Origin: Callorhinchus milii
Taxonomy: Eukaryota
Assembly (NCBI RefSeq): GCF_018977255.1
Contig: NW_024704742.1
Coordinates: forward strand, 97,652,001-97,716,000
Length of the DNA stretch: 64,000 bases
Reading direction: 5' to 3'
Made by a program: the position numbers and the translations under genes
Part shown: piece by piece, positions 24,641 to 37,989 of the stretch
Layout of the letters: each line of letters starts with the position of its first letter
How positions within the stretch are numbered: position 1 is the stretch's first letter
The notes under the pieces: model-generated
What the model was told of the DNA's origin: nothing
The model's database searches: none
The model's input: the letters and a program-made list of their open reading frames with translations, nothing else

Positions 24641-27369
24641 CAGTCCGATTAACTGGATAAGTCTATATCTTGTAAATGACAGGCTGATTCAGTGAATGGA
24701 CTGGAGTGCATTGTTGGTCAATTTACATGGTTTGCCAATTTCAATCAGTTCACTAGCAGAGATTGGCTTGTGAATGCTCTGCTGTGATAAAGACTTTGCG
24801 TGAAAGCTCATCTCTTCCATTAGCTCAGTGATAAAATAAATAATCTTGACACACTTGGTCCATTTAATAATAATAATAATAATCCTTGCATTTGATACAA
24901 CGTTTTTCACGTCTTCTAGACGTCACAAAGCGCTTCACAGAATGTGCTGTAAAGTGAATTGACCGTATATTTGTGGGCGAAACGATTTACAGTCATTTCT
25001 ACACAGATCTGGCTTGTAATAGTTCACTCGGTGCTCACATTAGTTCCTGAATGATTGCTCAGCACAATTGTGAAATAAAGTATGGGAGAAAATGTTGGCA
25101 TTAGTTTTCTGTCCACCTGTGTAAAATATTTTGTTTGTGTAAAGTCATAGAGAATTCCCTTGCATTTTCTTTGAGGCAACCTAGTTGGTTAATTGTCTAT
25201 ACTTTCTCAGATGCATGCAGAGGCACATTATTACTGTTTAGATCAGCAAAACACTCAAAGCTGGGCAGAATTCTCCTCGGTCCGATGAAGCACTCTGCTG
25301 TTTAGGACTATTTATCTTTGGATTCTATGACAAACGTAATGAGAAAGATAAGTTTTTGTGACATAGGTTGAAAGAAAGAGGGTGAGTGACCTGCGTGCCA
25401 ATGGATGTTATCAGAATTCAGTAACATCCAACCAAAATAGGTCATTTGCATATGCCATCAGGAAAATCTTTAAATCAAGTTAAGGAGTGCACAGATTTCA
25501 TGCTTCTTTCCCAGTTACAGTCTAAAAATTATTGTGAAAATTAAGAGTTAAAAGTTAATCTAGCTGCTTTGAATTGGTAAATCAAGCGAGGTGTCAAGGA
25601 CATTTTATGAATATGTTTTAAGGCAGTTTCTGTACCGTTCTTTAATAAGCGCCAACAAATAATTAAGGAATAGAATGTGTTTTGGAACCCTTAAATTTTG
25701 ACTCCTTTGAGAATAGAATTATTTGTATTTTTTTTCCTTTTAGTCAATAGCCAAAACAATATTGTTTGGCTTGAAAAGCAGAAAACAGAACACATTCACA
25801 TAAACAGTCTGTGTACTGCAATTTCCTTGCCCATGATTTATGATATTCTATTTTCATACAGTTGAAGAGGTGACTATTTGTACATTTTAATGCTCAGTGC
25901 AAGTATCATGAAGATTCAGTGGGAGATTTGTTTATATGTTTTAAGGCTCTGGATGCCCTTCGGGTTTGGCAGCACAAAGGAGTGCTTGCATTACAAAGGG
26001 ATGACCAATATAGGCTTTATAAACTGTCCAGCGCTTCGTGACGTCCTCCTGACATGAAAGGCGCTTTACAAATGCAATTTGTTGTTGTTGCTATAAGTTT
26101 AAAGAATGGCTGGATGCAGAGCAGGAAATAGTGGTAGGCAGAAAAATCAACTGGAGTATGGTCAAGGAAGCAAAAAGTCTGCAAATAAGGAATTTAATAT
26201 ATTGAAAAGAGAGAACGAAATAAAAACTGCAGACAACAAATGAGAGAGAAAAGGGACAGAGGTGAACAGAGGAAAAGTAAGAGTTGAAACAGAGGACAGG
26301 AAGATATACTATCAATAAGATAGGGAAAACCTTGAAATGTGTAGATGTTGATTGCTAAAGACAACTTAAGACCTAAACACAAGCATAGTCACAATAGACT
26401 GTCACAATCAAATAATAAGTCTGATAAAACGTCTGAAGGAAAAGAAATGCAGGTGAAAGGTACAGGAAATAAGCTAATGAGGCAGAAACACATTAGAGCA
26501 TAAGAACCAGAGAAAGGTTCAATAGCAATTGGAACCAAACATAGGAAATGAACCATAACTCAAACACAGTTTTAGAATATGTAAAACAGATGTAAAGAGG
26601 ATAGAGAAAAAGGTACCTTTAATTATATATTAGACAAATCAAAAGGATTATTGGTGTTTTTTGTTATTTTCGTTGGTTGTTAATGTCATGATTAAGGGAA
26701 TCTATCATTCTGTTCTCTAAACATACATTTACACGATAGCACAATGTGCAAATTAGGCTCCAATGCGAATCTACAAAATATTTCCAGTTTTCTTTCTTCT
26801 ATACCGCATTTGTCTTCCCACTACAGGTGTCCAACCATTTGATTGTAAGGTATTTACACACTTCCAAGGGTGAAGATCTTCTATTATCTGCCACTATTAT
26901 TATTATTATGGCATAATGATCCTATCTAATTCTATTGCCTATTGGCCTGAAACTGGCTGTGATTGAGGTGGGAAGCCTTAACAGCTTTACAAAGAGTGTG
27001 GATCCGTGTGGTTTCAGTCCAGCTTTCTGATTGTAACTCTCTGCTAGATTGGATTCAATACCATGTAAATCTTAATTTGCATCCAAAGTTTTGTTTTGCT
27101 TCATTTAAGGCCTGTCTCAAGACCTTTCTCTTCAACCGCATATTTGGTCATCCCACCACCACCCCACACACCCCCACCCCGGCCTTCCATCCCTCTTGAT
27201 TCCAGCTTGCAGCTTGGGTCAAACCCTTGACTATCCAGCACCTTTGGACATCTTCTCAATATGAAAGGCACTATATAGATGCAACTTGTTGTTGCTGTTG
27301 TTTTCTAACTTTACAAAAAAATAAATGTTACAATACAATAAACCAATGAAAAATAACAGGGTACCAATT

Positions 27370-27626
27370 TAAGATAATCGCAAAAGGAATTAATCACGAG
27401 GCTTTTTCACACACAGAGTGATTGGGAGGTGGAATTCCCTCACTTTCATTGAAGCAGGGTCTGTACATTATTTTGAAGGTGAAATAACTAGTTGCTTGTA
27501 AAAGAGGAATATTAAGGGGATATTGGAGCATCAGCAGGAGAGTGGGATTAGATTGTTTTGTGGAGGCAAATGCCAGCGCAGATTTGATGGGCCGAGAAAC
27601 ATATTCCTGTGCTGTAACATTCTATG
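27370..27626 (+). mobile_element. CR1 3' end; an L2 3' fragment lies just upstream at about 27100-27302
   Basis: tttttcacacacagagtgattgggaggtggaattccct...tgtgctgtaacattctatga. Confidence 0.7.
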
Positions 27627-27696
27627 AAATTGAACTACTGATCCTAATACTAGAAACAGAGCAAAATAACAATAGTAATTGATACCAGTATGTTAC

Positions 27697-27797
27697 CTCA
27701 GTTATCAGGTAATGTCCAGCGAAGCACTGAGAATCGCAAATACTTCCCATCAAATGAAAGCCCCCAAAGCAGGAAGTGCATTGAAGAGCTCCTTTAC
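27697..27797 (-). CDS. PCSK5: PCSK5 Cys-rich exon
   Basis: 101 nt, phase 1-0; (G)KGALQCTSCFGGFHLMGSICDSQCFAGHYLITE. Confidence 0.93.
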
Positions 27798-29522
27798 CTA
27801 GAAAAATTACAAGCTATTATGAAAAAGAAAGAATTTGCATTTTTGATAATGCCTCATACATAAACATCTCAAAAGAACAATTCATGATTGTAATAATCAT
27901 TGATTAGATACAGCTCCTTATCCTGTTCTTGAAACGTCTTAAAACGCCTCACAGGATTTTACTGTAAAATGCAGTGACTGTGTATTTGTAGGAGAATTGT
28001 TTCAAGTGTAGTGACAGTGCCATGATTGTATTGGTAGATGACATACCAGCAAATATCTGGGATGAATGATTAAACTGTGATCTTTAATCACATAGATTAG
28101 GGAATTTAGTAATTAATGGTAACTTCAAATTTAGCTCTCTCTGAAATGAGATAAATCCGCCCTTTTTCAAGAATGCCAAATACACAGGAACATTTATTTG
28201 CTTCTTCAAACATATAAACGCTAGTTTTTCCAGGGAATATGAAAATATGTTGACCACTAAATCAAACACATCTACTGGACAAACAAGTCATAAATTAAAT
28301 AGATGATCAACATTTTCCATAAACTTATTTTTTATTGAAGCATACAGTTCCTGGGAGTTAGTGTTGTAGTGTCATACACTTCCATATTCCCTGGCAGTTC
28401 AGTCAAGAGAGAATTTGTCTATGTTCTCTGTGGTCCAGGGAAACCTGGGCACCAAGGATTACTTGGGTTGAGATTATATGCACTCGCTGATGGTAGGGTC
28501 TCTAAAACTGAGATACTAAAACAACTAGCATTTAGGCAGCCCCCTTTATGTAAACAACACCTTATAGCTCTTCTAATCCTCATCCCAATTCAATAGCTGT
28601 ATTATATCTATATATTAACTGTCTGTCTCTCAAGTTATATATATATATGCATGATCAGTATCAATTTGAAGTTAGGGATGAGGTAAAATCGAGGAATGTG
28701 AGCAAACATGAATCTAAAAGACTCAGTCAATCCAAGTTAAGTTAATCTAGATTTATGTAGCAATAGTTGAATTCATGCTTTTCAGCTCTAGATTTGGAAG
28801 TAGGTTCACTTCATTAAGGTATTAATTGTCTGATGAAAATATGTATTGAATGAACCAAGGTTACTTAGCTCATTCCTGATCTCAAAATAAATCAACGCTT
28901 TAACAGATTGTGCTCATCTTCAATAATCTCAAGATGTTTTACCCTAACTGACCACTTGTTAACTAAATTCTGTTCCAGGTGCATTTAATATCTAGGCTTA
29001 TTCATTCTGTTGTGCACACTTGAGTGCCAAAAAGCACCTTACTCAAGTTTTCATTCACTTTGATAAAGCGAGTAGATGAAATGAAAGTCGTGTGCTGAAC
29101 ATACAAGAGAGTGTGATATCATATGGTCTGAGTAACAATAATAAAACATATGCTGTAATGTCTTAATGTAGGACATTACACAGGTGGTGACTGTTACATA
29201 AAGATAGCACATAGCCTGGAGTGATATTGTATATATATACAACAACTTGGATTTATATAGCGCCCTCCATGCCGGACGGCGTCTCAGAGTGCTTCACAGT
29301 AACGGATCCCATGGCTGAGCCAGGGGGGTGGGGAGGAAGGTGACCAAAGGCGCGGTCGAAGAGAAGGAGAAAGAAATAATATATATATTATACATAAACA
29401 TAGAAACTTGAGAGCACAGAAAGAGGAATTAGAGGAATTTGTTTCCCACAGGATCAAAATATCCATTGCAATCCATTTACCAATAACATGCCTTTGGTGG
29501 GTTTGTCTAACATTAAACATAC

Positions 29523-29740
29523 CATCACATGTGTTGCAGGTTGGATGACACCTTTCACAGGTCTTTTCTATGTTATCCTCATAGTAATGATCGGGGCATG
29601 ACTTGTAGCATCTATGGGTAGATTTCAGCAGAAAATGATCCTTCTGACAGGTGGCACAATTTGACTCTGCTGGACCCAAGCAGTCTTTACAGCTTCTGTG
29701 ACATTTCTCACAAATTCCAGTTGACATATTCGCATAATTC
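29523..29740 (-). CDS. PCSK5: PCSK5 Cys-rich exon
   Basis: 218 nt, phase 2-1; NYANMSTGICEKCHRSCKDC...CERCHPTCNTCD. Confidence 0.95.
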
Positions 29741-30029
29741 CTAAAACAAACATGGATAACAACATAAAAAGCAACTTTACAACATAAAAGCATATAATAA
29801 AATTGAAGCATTGGATTATCTAATTTTAATTAATTTTAATCTAAGATTGGCAGATGGCTTTTCCTAGTGTAAAAATCCCTTCAAAAAATAAATAATATTG
29901 ATAATTTGGTCACTCAATCCGCAGCTGTTTGTGGGACACTGCTGTGGGCAATTGGCTGCTGAGTTTCGCAGTTTTGATGTGAATGTCATCACAGCTGACC
30001 CTGTCACTGGAGTGGGAGTTGGGGGAGAC

Positions 30030-30200
30030 GGGGAAGTCTGCATTATGCTCAGCAGCAGAGAATCTTGTTGGTTTTCCCCTTTCTAATTCATGGCACTGAG
30101 ATCAATTGTGTTGCCCCAACTGAGACCAGCCAACTCAGCACTAACCTTTGCACTAGATAAACAACTGATAAACCATCAGAGAAGCACTGTATTAAGAATA
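30030..30200 (-). mobile_element. Possible LF-SINE-like ancient SINE remnant
   Basis: ggcactgagatcaattgtg...ctgagaccagccaactcagcac resembles that family from memory only. Confidence 0.3.
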
Positions 30201-30581
30201 TTGAAAATGATCAGGCAGCCCTACACTATATGCACAGCTATATGCACATACAGTCATTTCTCTTTTGCGCTGCACAGGCCAAAAGTCATGGTGCAGGAGG
30301 TTTAGTGATTTAGTGAGTAAAAATCTATGGCGGAAAAATAAATGTCCCCCCAACCCTTCCCCCCAACCCCCCACCCCAGCTTCAAACTCTGTTTTCTTCC
30401 TGGCTTGGAAATATCAGAAGCAGAGGTTATGTACAAGTCTCAGAGACAGGTTTCAAAGTACAAGTATTGGCTGTTGACTTTTCAAATGCGTTGGATAGGT
30501 GCTGGTATACTCCTTGGCACATGATTGATCTATTGGTCTGTCCAGCTTTAATCTCAAATAAAGAGTTTACTTTGAACATAC

Positions 30582-30759
30582 CCGGATCCACAGGTCTGGA
30601 CACACACTGACCCCAGTCTGTACCAGTCTGCTTTACACGTCAGGCACTGTGTATTGTACTTTCCACTGCAGCTCTCACAGGTCTTGTGGCAAGCAAAACA
30701 GTAATGCTTGTTCATCACAGTAAAGTAGCTCTTTGGACATGCATTTACACAGGTCGTAT
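30582..30759 (-). CDS. PCSK5: PCSK5 Cys-rich exon
   Basis: 178 nt, phase 1-2; TTCVNACPKSYFTVMNKHYCFACHKTCESCSGKYNTQCLTC...CVQTCGS. Confidence 0.95.
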
Positions 30760-31316
30760 CTAAACCAAAGATGAGTAGTCATGAGTATGGGTTATTAATG
30801 CAATAACAAGGAACAACAGTGAGTAGAAAGGGAAATGAAACACATTTCATTAAAAACCTGTCCTCTCACTTTTGAATCAATATTTCTGTACAATCCTATG
30901 GAACCCTTGATGATTAAAATGAGATGTTTCATAAGAGATTCAATGTAATGATTATCATGTCAAATGTGTTGTGAAATGTTATTTCACCCCATATCGCTTT
31001 TCTTTCTTCCCTCTGGGACATTGGTTATTCTACTCCTTGCTTCCTCTTTCTTTCCTATTGCAACCTAACACAGCCTCAACCAATTTGTGTGAGAATGTAT
31101 GCAATTAATGTACGGGCATGTGGATACGTGTGCGTATAAATGTGAAAGGTGCCATATAAAGGTAAATTACATTGTATAGACCACCCCCCTCTGGCAACCC
31201 ACCACCACTAGTTCAACAATAATGCATGTGGAAGAAATGTTATTAAAATAGAAAGCTTATTAATATTATATTGGGCAATACATGCTGGCGCTTTGAAAGT
31301 ACTGAGCTTTACTTAC

Positions 31317-31544
31317 TGAGCAAAAAGTGTTTGTGGCCACAGCTGACGCAGTCGTGCTCTGTAGGTCCAAAGCAGCGATAACATTTCTTGTGACAAAGCT
31401 TACATGTTATGTCCATGTACATGTTCAGAGGGCAGGTCCAATGCATCACACAGTGACCAGCATTGTTTCTCATCAGCCCTGTTCTGCACTCAACGCATTC
31501 TGTTTCAGAAGCCCCCACGCAGCTCTGACATAACTTATCACACT
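31317..31544 (-). CDS. PCSK5: PCSK5 Cys-rich exon
   Basis: 228 nt, phase 1-1; CDKLCQSCVGASETECVEC...CVSCGHKHFLL. Confidence 0.95.
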
Positions 31545-32157
31545 CTGCATAGAAATGGAAACAACAAACAACAAATGGAAACACTGGCAAATGATTACTA
31601 TAGAAAAAAAAACACAGGTTGTAGAATGTTACAGCACAGAAGGAGACTATTCAGCCCATCACATCTGGTTTGTTATTTTTCTCCACATGAACCAATCTAA
31701 CCTCACTATCCCGTTCACTTCCCATACTCTTTTGTATGCCTTTACTTCAAACTGTGCACATCACACAAGGGCAAACATGGGAGCAGGGGGTATTGAATAC
31801 ACACACCAATCACATTGCACAACTCAATTTAAAAAATTCACATTATTTTGCAGTGTAATTCTTAACTTGTGCCTAAAGTTAAAGGTTATTTGAATGTCAC
31901 AAGCAAATCAACAGCACGTTTTTTATTTGATAACTTTGCCCTGTGACCCACATCATCAATCTGAGGAAATTCTTGTCATTGTCTATACTGTACAACAGGA
32001 GGAAGATTGGAGAGTACCCTCCATTAACCTTCTCCTAGTACCATAAGAGTTAAGAATATCAAAAATGAATGGGTAACCAATATAAATTGACGTTTTAGCT
32101 TTTCCTTCCAGTCATAAAGTACTTCTTGAACTACACATAAAGTGATGCTAAACTCAC

Positions 32158-32400
32158 CCTGGCAATCATCAGTTGTCGTATTAAAGTAAGTTCCTTCAGG
32201 GCAGGTTTCATGGCATTCCCCGTCATATATAACCGAGGTATGATCAGCACAAACTTCACAATTAAAGAAACCAGGACCATTGCATTCCGCACACTTGGAA
32301 TTACATGGGGCACACTTTGAGGTGTCAATGTCTTCAAAGGATCCTGGTGGACATTCCTCAAAGCAAAGACCATTGTGCAAGTATAAATGTTGGTTGCATT
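32158..32400 (-). CDS. PCSK5: PCSK5 Cys-rich exon
   Basis: 243 nt, phase 1-1; CNQHLYLHNGLCFEECPPG...TTTDDCQ. Confidence 0.95.
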
Positions 32401-32561
32401 CTGTGGAAATCAAACACACTATTAACTTGGTTGATTTAAAGGAGAATGTGTGTGTGTATATGTGTGTGTGTGTGTCTGTGTGGTGTGTAGAAATTGTAAT
32501 GCATGTAGGAATACGCTAGGAAACAGTGATTTTCTGTAGCATGGATGTTTCTGCCCTGTAC

Positions 32562-32782
32562 CTGTACAATTATTATCAGTGCACACTTCACAATCTGGGG
32601 GGCAGCGTTTGCAAATTCCTTCAGTGGTGCCATAGTACTTGTTGGAACACTTCTTTTTACACTGTTTGTTGTCCAGCACGTAGTAGGGATTACAGGTCTG
32701 GCAGTTTGAAGGACTCTGGTCACAAGTGCGACAGGAAACATCACATCTTTCACATTCCTTACGTGCACTCACATAATATCCC
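32562..32782 (-). CDS. PCSK5: PCSK5 Cys-rich exon
   Basis: 221 nt, phase 2-1; GYYVSARKECERCDVSC...CEVCTDNNCT; donor GTACAG. Confidence 0.93.
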
Positions 32783-33019
32783 CTAAACAAAGGAAATGTC
32801 ATTAGATTAAAGGGTGACTTGGACTGTTTAAAGTACAGTTATCCAAGAAGCATTTCTACTAGCCTGCTGATTCATTGCAGAGGATTTACGGGCAACATTA
32901 ATGGCTATTCTGCCCTATGTTGTGAAGAAAGAAAGAGCTTGTGTTTAATACCATCTTAGCAACTTGTAGTAACCAAGAACCTTTCATACAGGAAAGAGAC
33001 TCAAAGTTCTTTACAGATA

Positions 33020-33445
33020 CTGAGTAGAAGCCAGGAAATAGGGGAGTATAGGAAGAAAATGATCAAAGGTGCAGTAAAAGAGGTAAGTTTTTAGAAGGGT
33101 TTTGAAAGCCGAGAGGAAGAGTGCAAGGAAGAAGGATCTGGGGGAGAGTTCTAGATATTGAGAGCAAAGTGGGAGAAAGCTCGGGTCCAAATAACTGACT
33201 GTCCAGGGCCTTGGGACGTCCTCCCGACGTGAAAGGCGCTATACAAATGTAATTTTGTATTGTATTGCAAAGCTTGTATTGATAGTGGGATACAGGGAGC
33301 AGGCTTGAGTTAGCAAGGGAGAGAGAAAGGGAGTGGCAGAGGTTGTAGCACCACAGATCACAGAGGTGGGCTGGGGCAAGGGGATTGAGATATTTGAAAG
33401 ATAGAATGAGGACCTTAAAGTTGATCTGCTGTTTATCACAATGAA
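33020..33445 (-). mobile_element. Old L2 3' fragment interrupted by a short + strand L2-tail insert (about 33182-33268, (TTGTA)n tail)
   Basis: INFKVLIL remnant; the insert is flanked by AAAGCT-like direct repeats. Confidence 0.7.
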
Positions 33446-34275
33446 ACATTTGAAAGTGTTTTACATTAATGCTATCAAGTGTAAGAACTGTATTTTTCAA
33501 GCAAATGTACAAGTGCATATTTTATAAGTTGATGAGGGAAATTACATTTTTATTCTTTGAAAAACTAGCCTGTCAAAAATCGCATTACAATAGTTTGAGT
33601 AGAACAGATAATCGTGATAGCCAGGGCATGAGAATATATTGTCAAGGAATTTGGAAAAGCGGAGGGAGATTGCATTTGTTAACATTTATTAACACAAGAA
33701 ATGTTGCTTGTCAAAGAGCAGACAGACACTTTCCAATAAATTACTGCAGCATGATCATGGGAAAATGCTCTAGAAAGAGGCCCACCTACTGGAATTTTCG
33801 AAGTACTACCTAGATACTTATAATCAAACCAACAAGAAAAATAATACATTCCTCCTGATTTAAAGTTGAAAATCTCTGGAAAAAGATTACTGATTATTCA
33901 CCTTAATCTGCTCTGTTCTTAGATTTGCATTTATTACTGTATCAAAGCATATTTAAGGTGCGTTTAATATTGCATATTGTTATTTACATTATTAATGGAT
34001 CTTTATTTCCTTCTGTACACTTGTTTACGTATGATTGACACATATTGCATAATGCACTATTACTATTACTACTGGTGTTGCACTGTTGCAACCTCCACAA
34101 CACGCAATTACACACAGTGACTCAGGTGTCCTGAGCCTCAAAGCCCAAGTTAGCCCTGACTGTCACACCTAGGTGTGCCTCGGATATAATACTCCCACAT
34201 TCACAAATGGTTTTCATGTGACTTACACATTCAAATGACTATTAATGAAAAAAGGAAGTTAATTTAAACAAAAAT

Positions 34276-34715
34276 GCAATACAATACAAAATTACATTTG
34301 TACAGAGCTTTTCATGTCAGGAGGACGTCCCGAGGCACTGGAAAGTCATGGGATCAGGGAAGGTGGAGGGCAGGAAGGGTAGGAGGGTGGCCAAAAGCAC
34401 TGTCGAAGAGGAGGGTATTGAGCCGTGCATTGAAGGAGGCAAGGAGGGGAGCGAGACGAAGGAAATGTGGGACGGAGTTCCATAGGAAGGCCCAACCGCT
34501 GGTGGTGGGCCGAGCTGGGCAGGGGACGTGGAGTAGGCCATAACCTGCTGAGCGGATGGAGCGGACAGGTTGATATGGGGTCAGCAGGTCGCAGAGCTAG
34601 GTAGGAGCAAGGCCGTGGAGGGCCTTGAAGGCGAGGATGAGGATTTTGAACCTTATCCTCTGGGGGATGGGGAGCCAGTGGAGCCGGGCAAAGGTGGAGG
34701 TGATGGGGTCATGAG
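34276..34715 (-). mobile_element. L2 3' fragment with (TACAA)n tail
   Basis: Reverse of HWLPIPQRIRFKILILAFKA coding and L2 tail. Confidence 0.85.
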
Positions 34716-34878
34716 ATGGATACTTGAAAAAGAAGTTATTAAATAGAATTGCAGAGTAAACGAGAGAGAAGGCTTAGATCAAATGGCACACATGGAGAAA
34801 AACATTCTTAAGGGTCCAAAAAGCCTTGCTTTTGTGCTGTAACATCGATGAGCAGCATCATGTTAGGGAATTACTTAC

Positions 34879-35080
34879 TGTGGGCATTCACTCAAACATT
34901 TCCCCTCATGCAGGAAAAATGACCTGTCTCGCATTTTGAGGCATCGTTCACAGTTTTCCCTGCTTTCTGAGCAGATTTCACAGGCTTCCCCACATTGCTC
35001 ACACCTTCCAGTCTTCGAAGAGGCAAAGGTTTGTCGGGGACACTTTGTGACGCACATTTGCTGAACAGTCAAGTACAACC
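34879..35080 (-). CDS. PCSK5: PCSK5 Cys-rich exon
   Basis: 202 nt, phase 1-2; (G)LYLTVQQMCVTKCPRQTFAS...GKCLSECP. Confidence 0.94.
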
Positions 35081-35275
35081 CTGTATAGGTTTAAAACAAA
35101 GTACAGTATTGCCTTGGGAGGGAAAATATAGCAAGTTTCTGAAATGTCATTTATTTTTGACGGGTGATGTTTGTTAAATTGAAATCAATAAACTGAGATA
35201 AAAATTGCAATGTTTTCCGATAAATTTGACATGTTAATTAAAACAATCAGTGGGGCAAAATTCCTCCTGGTCTAG

Positions 35276-35596
35276 GTGGAGTCCTGTAGCTCAGTGGTTA
35301 GAGCACTCGCTTTGCAAATGAGAGACCTGAGTTCAATTCCAGGCAGGGCGAAACCTTGGGCAAGTTTCCTTACTCCACACGCCTAATAATAATCCCTTCA
35401 AAAACCAAAAACAATAATTAATTGGTCATTTTCAATCTACGACTGTTTGTGGGACATTGCTGTGCGCAATTGGCTGCCGCGTTCGCCCACAAATATACAG
35501 TCAATTCACTTTGCAGTATGTTCTGTGAAGCGCTTTGGGACGTCCTCCCGACGTGAAAAGCGCTATATCAAATGCAAGGATTATTATTATTATTAT
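35276..35596 (+). mobile_element. Full-length young tRNA(Ala)-derived SINE with Deu-like core and L2 tail
   Basis: A box TAGCTCAGTGG, B box GTTCAATTCC, TGC anticodon loop, core tgtttgtgggacattgctgtgcgcaattggctgcc, tail gggacgtcctcccgacgtgaaaagcgc(TTA)n. Confidence 0.93.
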
Positions 35597-36021
35597 TTAC
35601 TTTATTAGCTTAATACAGGTATTTTAGAAGTACAGAATTTGTCAAGTCCCTAAAATACACTGTTTAATTTTGAGGCTAGTGTATTTTGTAAGTTTGTTTT
35701 GAGAACTACAGGCTTCAGAGCTAAAACTGAATTTGCTATATAAATGCAAGTTGTTGTTGTTGCAAGCATTGAACCAATTTGTAGTAAATGCAAGGCTCTA
35801 AGTAGGATGCAACATGACCACAACAATCCAGGAGTGAATTCTTGGATGCCTTAAATAACATGCAGTGAACAGAGCAAACAGTATGAGAAAGACTGCTCCA
35901 TATTTAGGCAGCTGTCTCACATTTGACCTACAGCAACTATTTGCATTTAACATATGTTTATATGCCCTAGTCAACATTTGGTATTTTTGAATTGAAAAGT
36001 GTTGGCTAATTGTCAAAGTTA

Positions 36022-36270
36022 AATAATAATAATAATCCTTGCATTTGATATAGCGCCTTATCACATCTTTGAGATGTATCAAATCGCTTCACAGGATATA
36101 CTGTAAAGTATAGTGACAGTGTATTATGTGGGCAAAATGCGGCAGCCAATTGTGCACAGCACTGTCCCACAAACTGTCGTGGATTGAGTGACCAAATCAT
36201 TATTATTTTTTATTATTTATCTGAGATTCTTATTACCCTCGGAAAAATGATCCGCCAATCAACTAACTAA
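36022..36270 (-). mobile_element. SINE 3' portion (older subfamily)
   Basis: (TAA)n tail and reverse Deu-like core. Confidence 0.8.
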
Positions 36271-37025
36271 AATGGGCGAGCCTTCAGCCATTCTGCTCCC
36301 ATTATCAGGCACTCCATCTTGGAGACCCACAGCCTTGCCTCCTCCCTCCTTCCTGCATCCAAAACCCACGTTAAGACCCATTTTTAACTACACTTTCGGT
36401 TACCTTCCGCCCACGCCACACCAGCTCCGACTCTCAAACAGCTGTGTGAAATGTGAAAGCCATTATAAATGTAAGTTGTAGTTGTTGAGACATAAGGTAA
36501 ATTAGAATATATTGGAGACTCCCATTTGGGGATTTAAAAGCTTTTAAATTGTGCTTGAAAAAGAAGACATATGGAGATGTGCAGCTCCATCGTTTTGTAG
36601 TTCTGGGAAAGAATGAGTTAGAGCAGGAGGCAGCATGATGAACAATGATTCCAAAGACTGAGAGTATAGGAAGGTAAGAGGGTGTAGATTTTGTGGGAAT
36701 AAGACATTTTAGGGAAATAGTGACTGCAGTGATCGTGATAAAATAGAGGAAGATAAAAAGGCTCCAATGGAGAAAGAATGGAGCTCAAAGATGAGGGAAT
36801 GGTTTACTTGTCAGATGACAAGTGTTTATATGTGCCTTGCTCAGGAGTATTAGAGGTGTCAGTCAGACATGGAGCGAGTCTTCCACAGAGTTGAGGGTTT
36901 ACAGAAAGTTAAGTGTTGCACAATTAGGATTTCTAGGTTGAGTACAACCTTGCAAGGTGTGAAAAGTTGTTATTAAGAGCCTCAATAGTTAATTGGCATC
37001 AAAATATAATTTTTGGATTGTGTAC

Positions 37026-37112
37026 CTGCATAACAGCTTGCACATTGATTCTGTTTGTTTCCTGTGCACGTCTTACAAAAGGAATGACACAGTTCACACC
37101 GCAAAGTTTCAG
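37026..37112 (-). CDS. PCSK5: PCSK5 Cys-rich exon (absent from the ORF track)
   Basis: 87 nt, phase 1-1; (S)ETLRCELCHSFCKTCTGNKQNQCASCYA; acceptor tttag, donor GTACAC. Confidence 0.92.
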
Positions 37113-37788
37113 CTAAATGGGAACAAAAGAACTTATTAGTATTGTTATTAATACTCTGAGAAAATTAGGTGCTTCTCGGATTTGATTATTTCATTGTGTG
37201 CCTGCACGCTAAGAAGCAATGCACAACAACTTTTACATTCTTTGTATATAACATTATTATGATGCAAAAGTGAATGCTCACATGTTACAAGACACAGATA
37301 CAATTTGGGCCCACACTTCCAAGGATCTACTGTTTTCTCGAATTGTTAAGAAACTGGAGTTGTCTACAGTAACACTTTATTCTAGTCCATATTCAAAGCT
37401 CCTTGATATGCCACAATACAACATTCTGCTTACAGCCCCTTGTTAATAAAAATGCTTTTTGAAAAATACATTATTCTATATAAGGTGCCAGCTTTCATCT
37501 TTATAACGCTCTTCAGAAGAGTTGCAGGCTCCACATTCTATCTTTAAATCCATCCAGAATGTCATTAATACAAGAACAGATAACATTTGTACCTCACAAG
37601 AGCTTAAAGGAAGGTTCAGGTCAAATTTATTTTAGAGTCATTGCCATGCCTTGTGTACAAGTAGAATTTCTAGATTGAGTACAAATACAGGTGTGGAAGG
37701 TTGTTATTGAGAGCTCCAATAGTTAGCTGGCATCAAAATATAATCCTTGAACTGTGTACCATTTTACTTGACTGTACAAGTGACTTAC

Positions 37789-37989
37789 AGTGAAAGAATG
37801 TCCCATCAGAACAGGCTGTTGAATGATGCAGACACTGTTTATTATTCAGTACTTCTCCAATTGGGCAGGACGTACATTCATTAAAACTGGGACCAGAACA
37901 TGTGCTACAGGAGGAGTGACATTCTTCACAAACACCGGTGTCTTCATTCCCATAGAAACCATCTAGGCACCGATGTGTGCATTCAGTTT
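37789..37989 (-). CDS. PCSK5: PCSK5 Cys-rich exon
   Basis: 201 nt, phase 1-1; TECTHRCLDGFYGNEDTGVCEECHSSC...CSDGTFFH. Confidence 0.95.

Noticed and set aside
29284..29811. ORF-track Cys-rich ORFs as standalone genes (also 31309, 32024, 32422, 37733, 38500, 43751)
   Set aside because: They are PCSK5 exons read through into flanking intron; splice sites and phases join them into one frame
35081..35115. Alternative upstream acceptor (cccaag) for the 34879-35080 exon
   Set aside because: An in-frame TAA lies between it and the chosen acceptor
35278..35350. tRNA-Ala(TGC)-like genes here and at 42157-42228 and 46731-46805
   Set aside because: Each continues directly into a shared SINE body and L2 tail with no Pol III terminator after the cloverleaf; they are SINE heads
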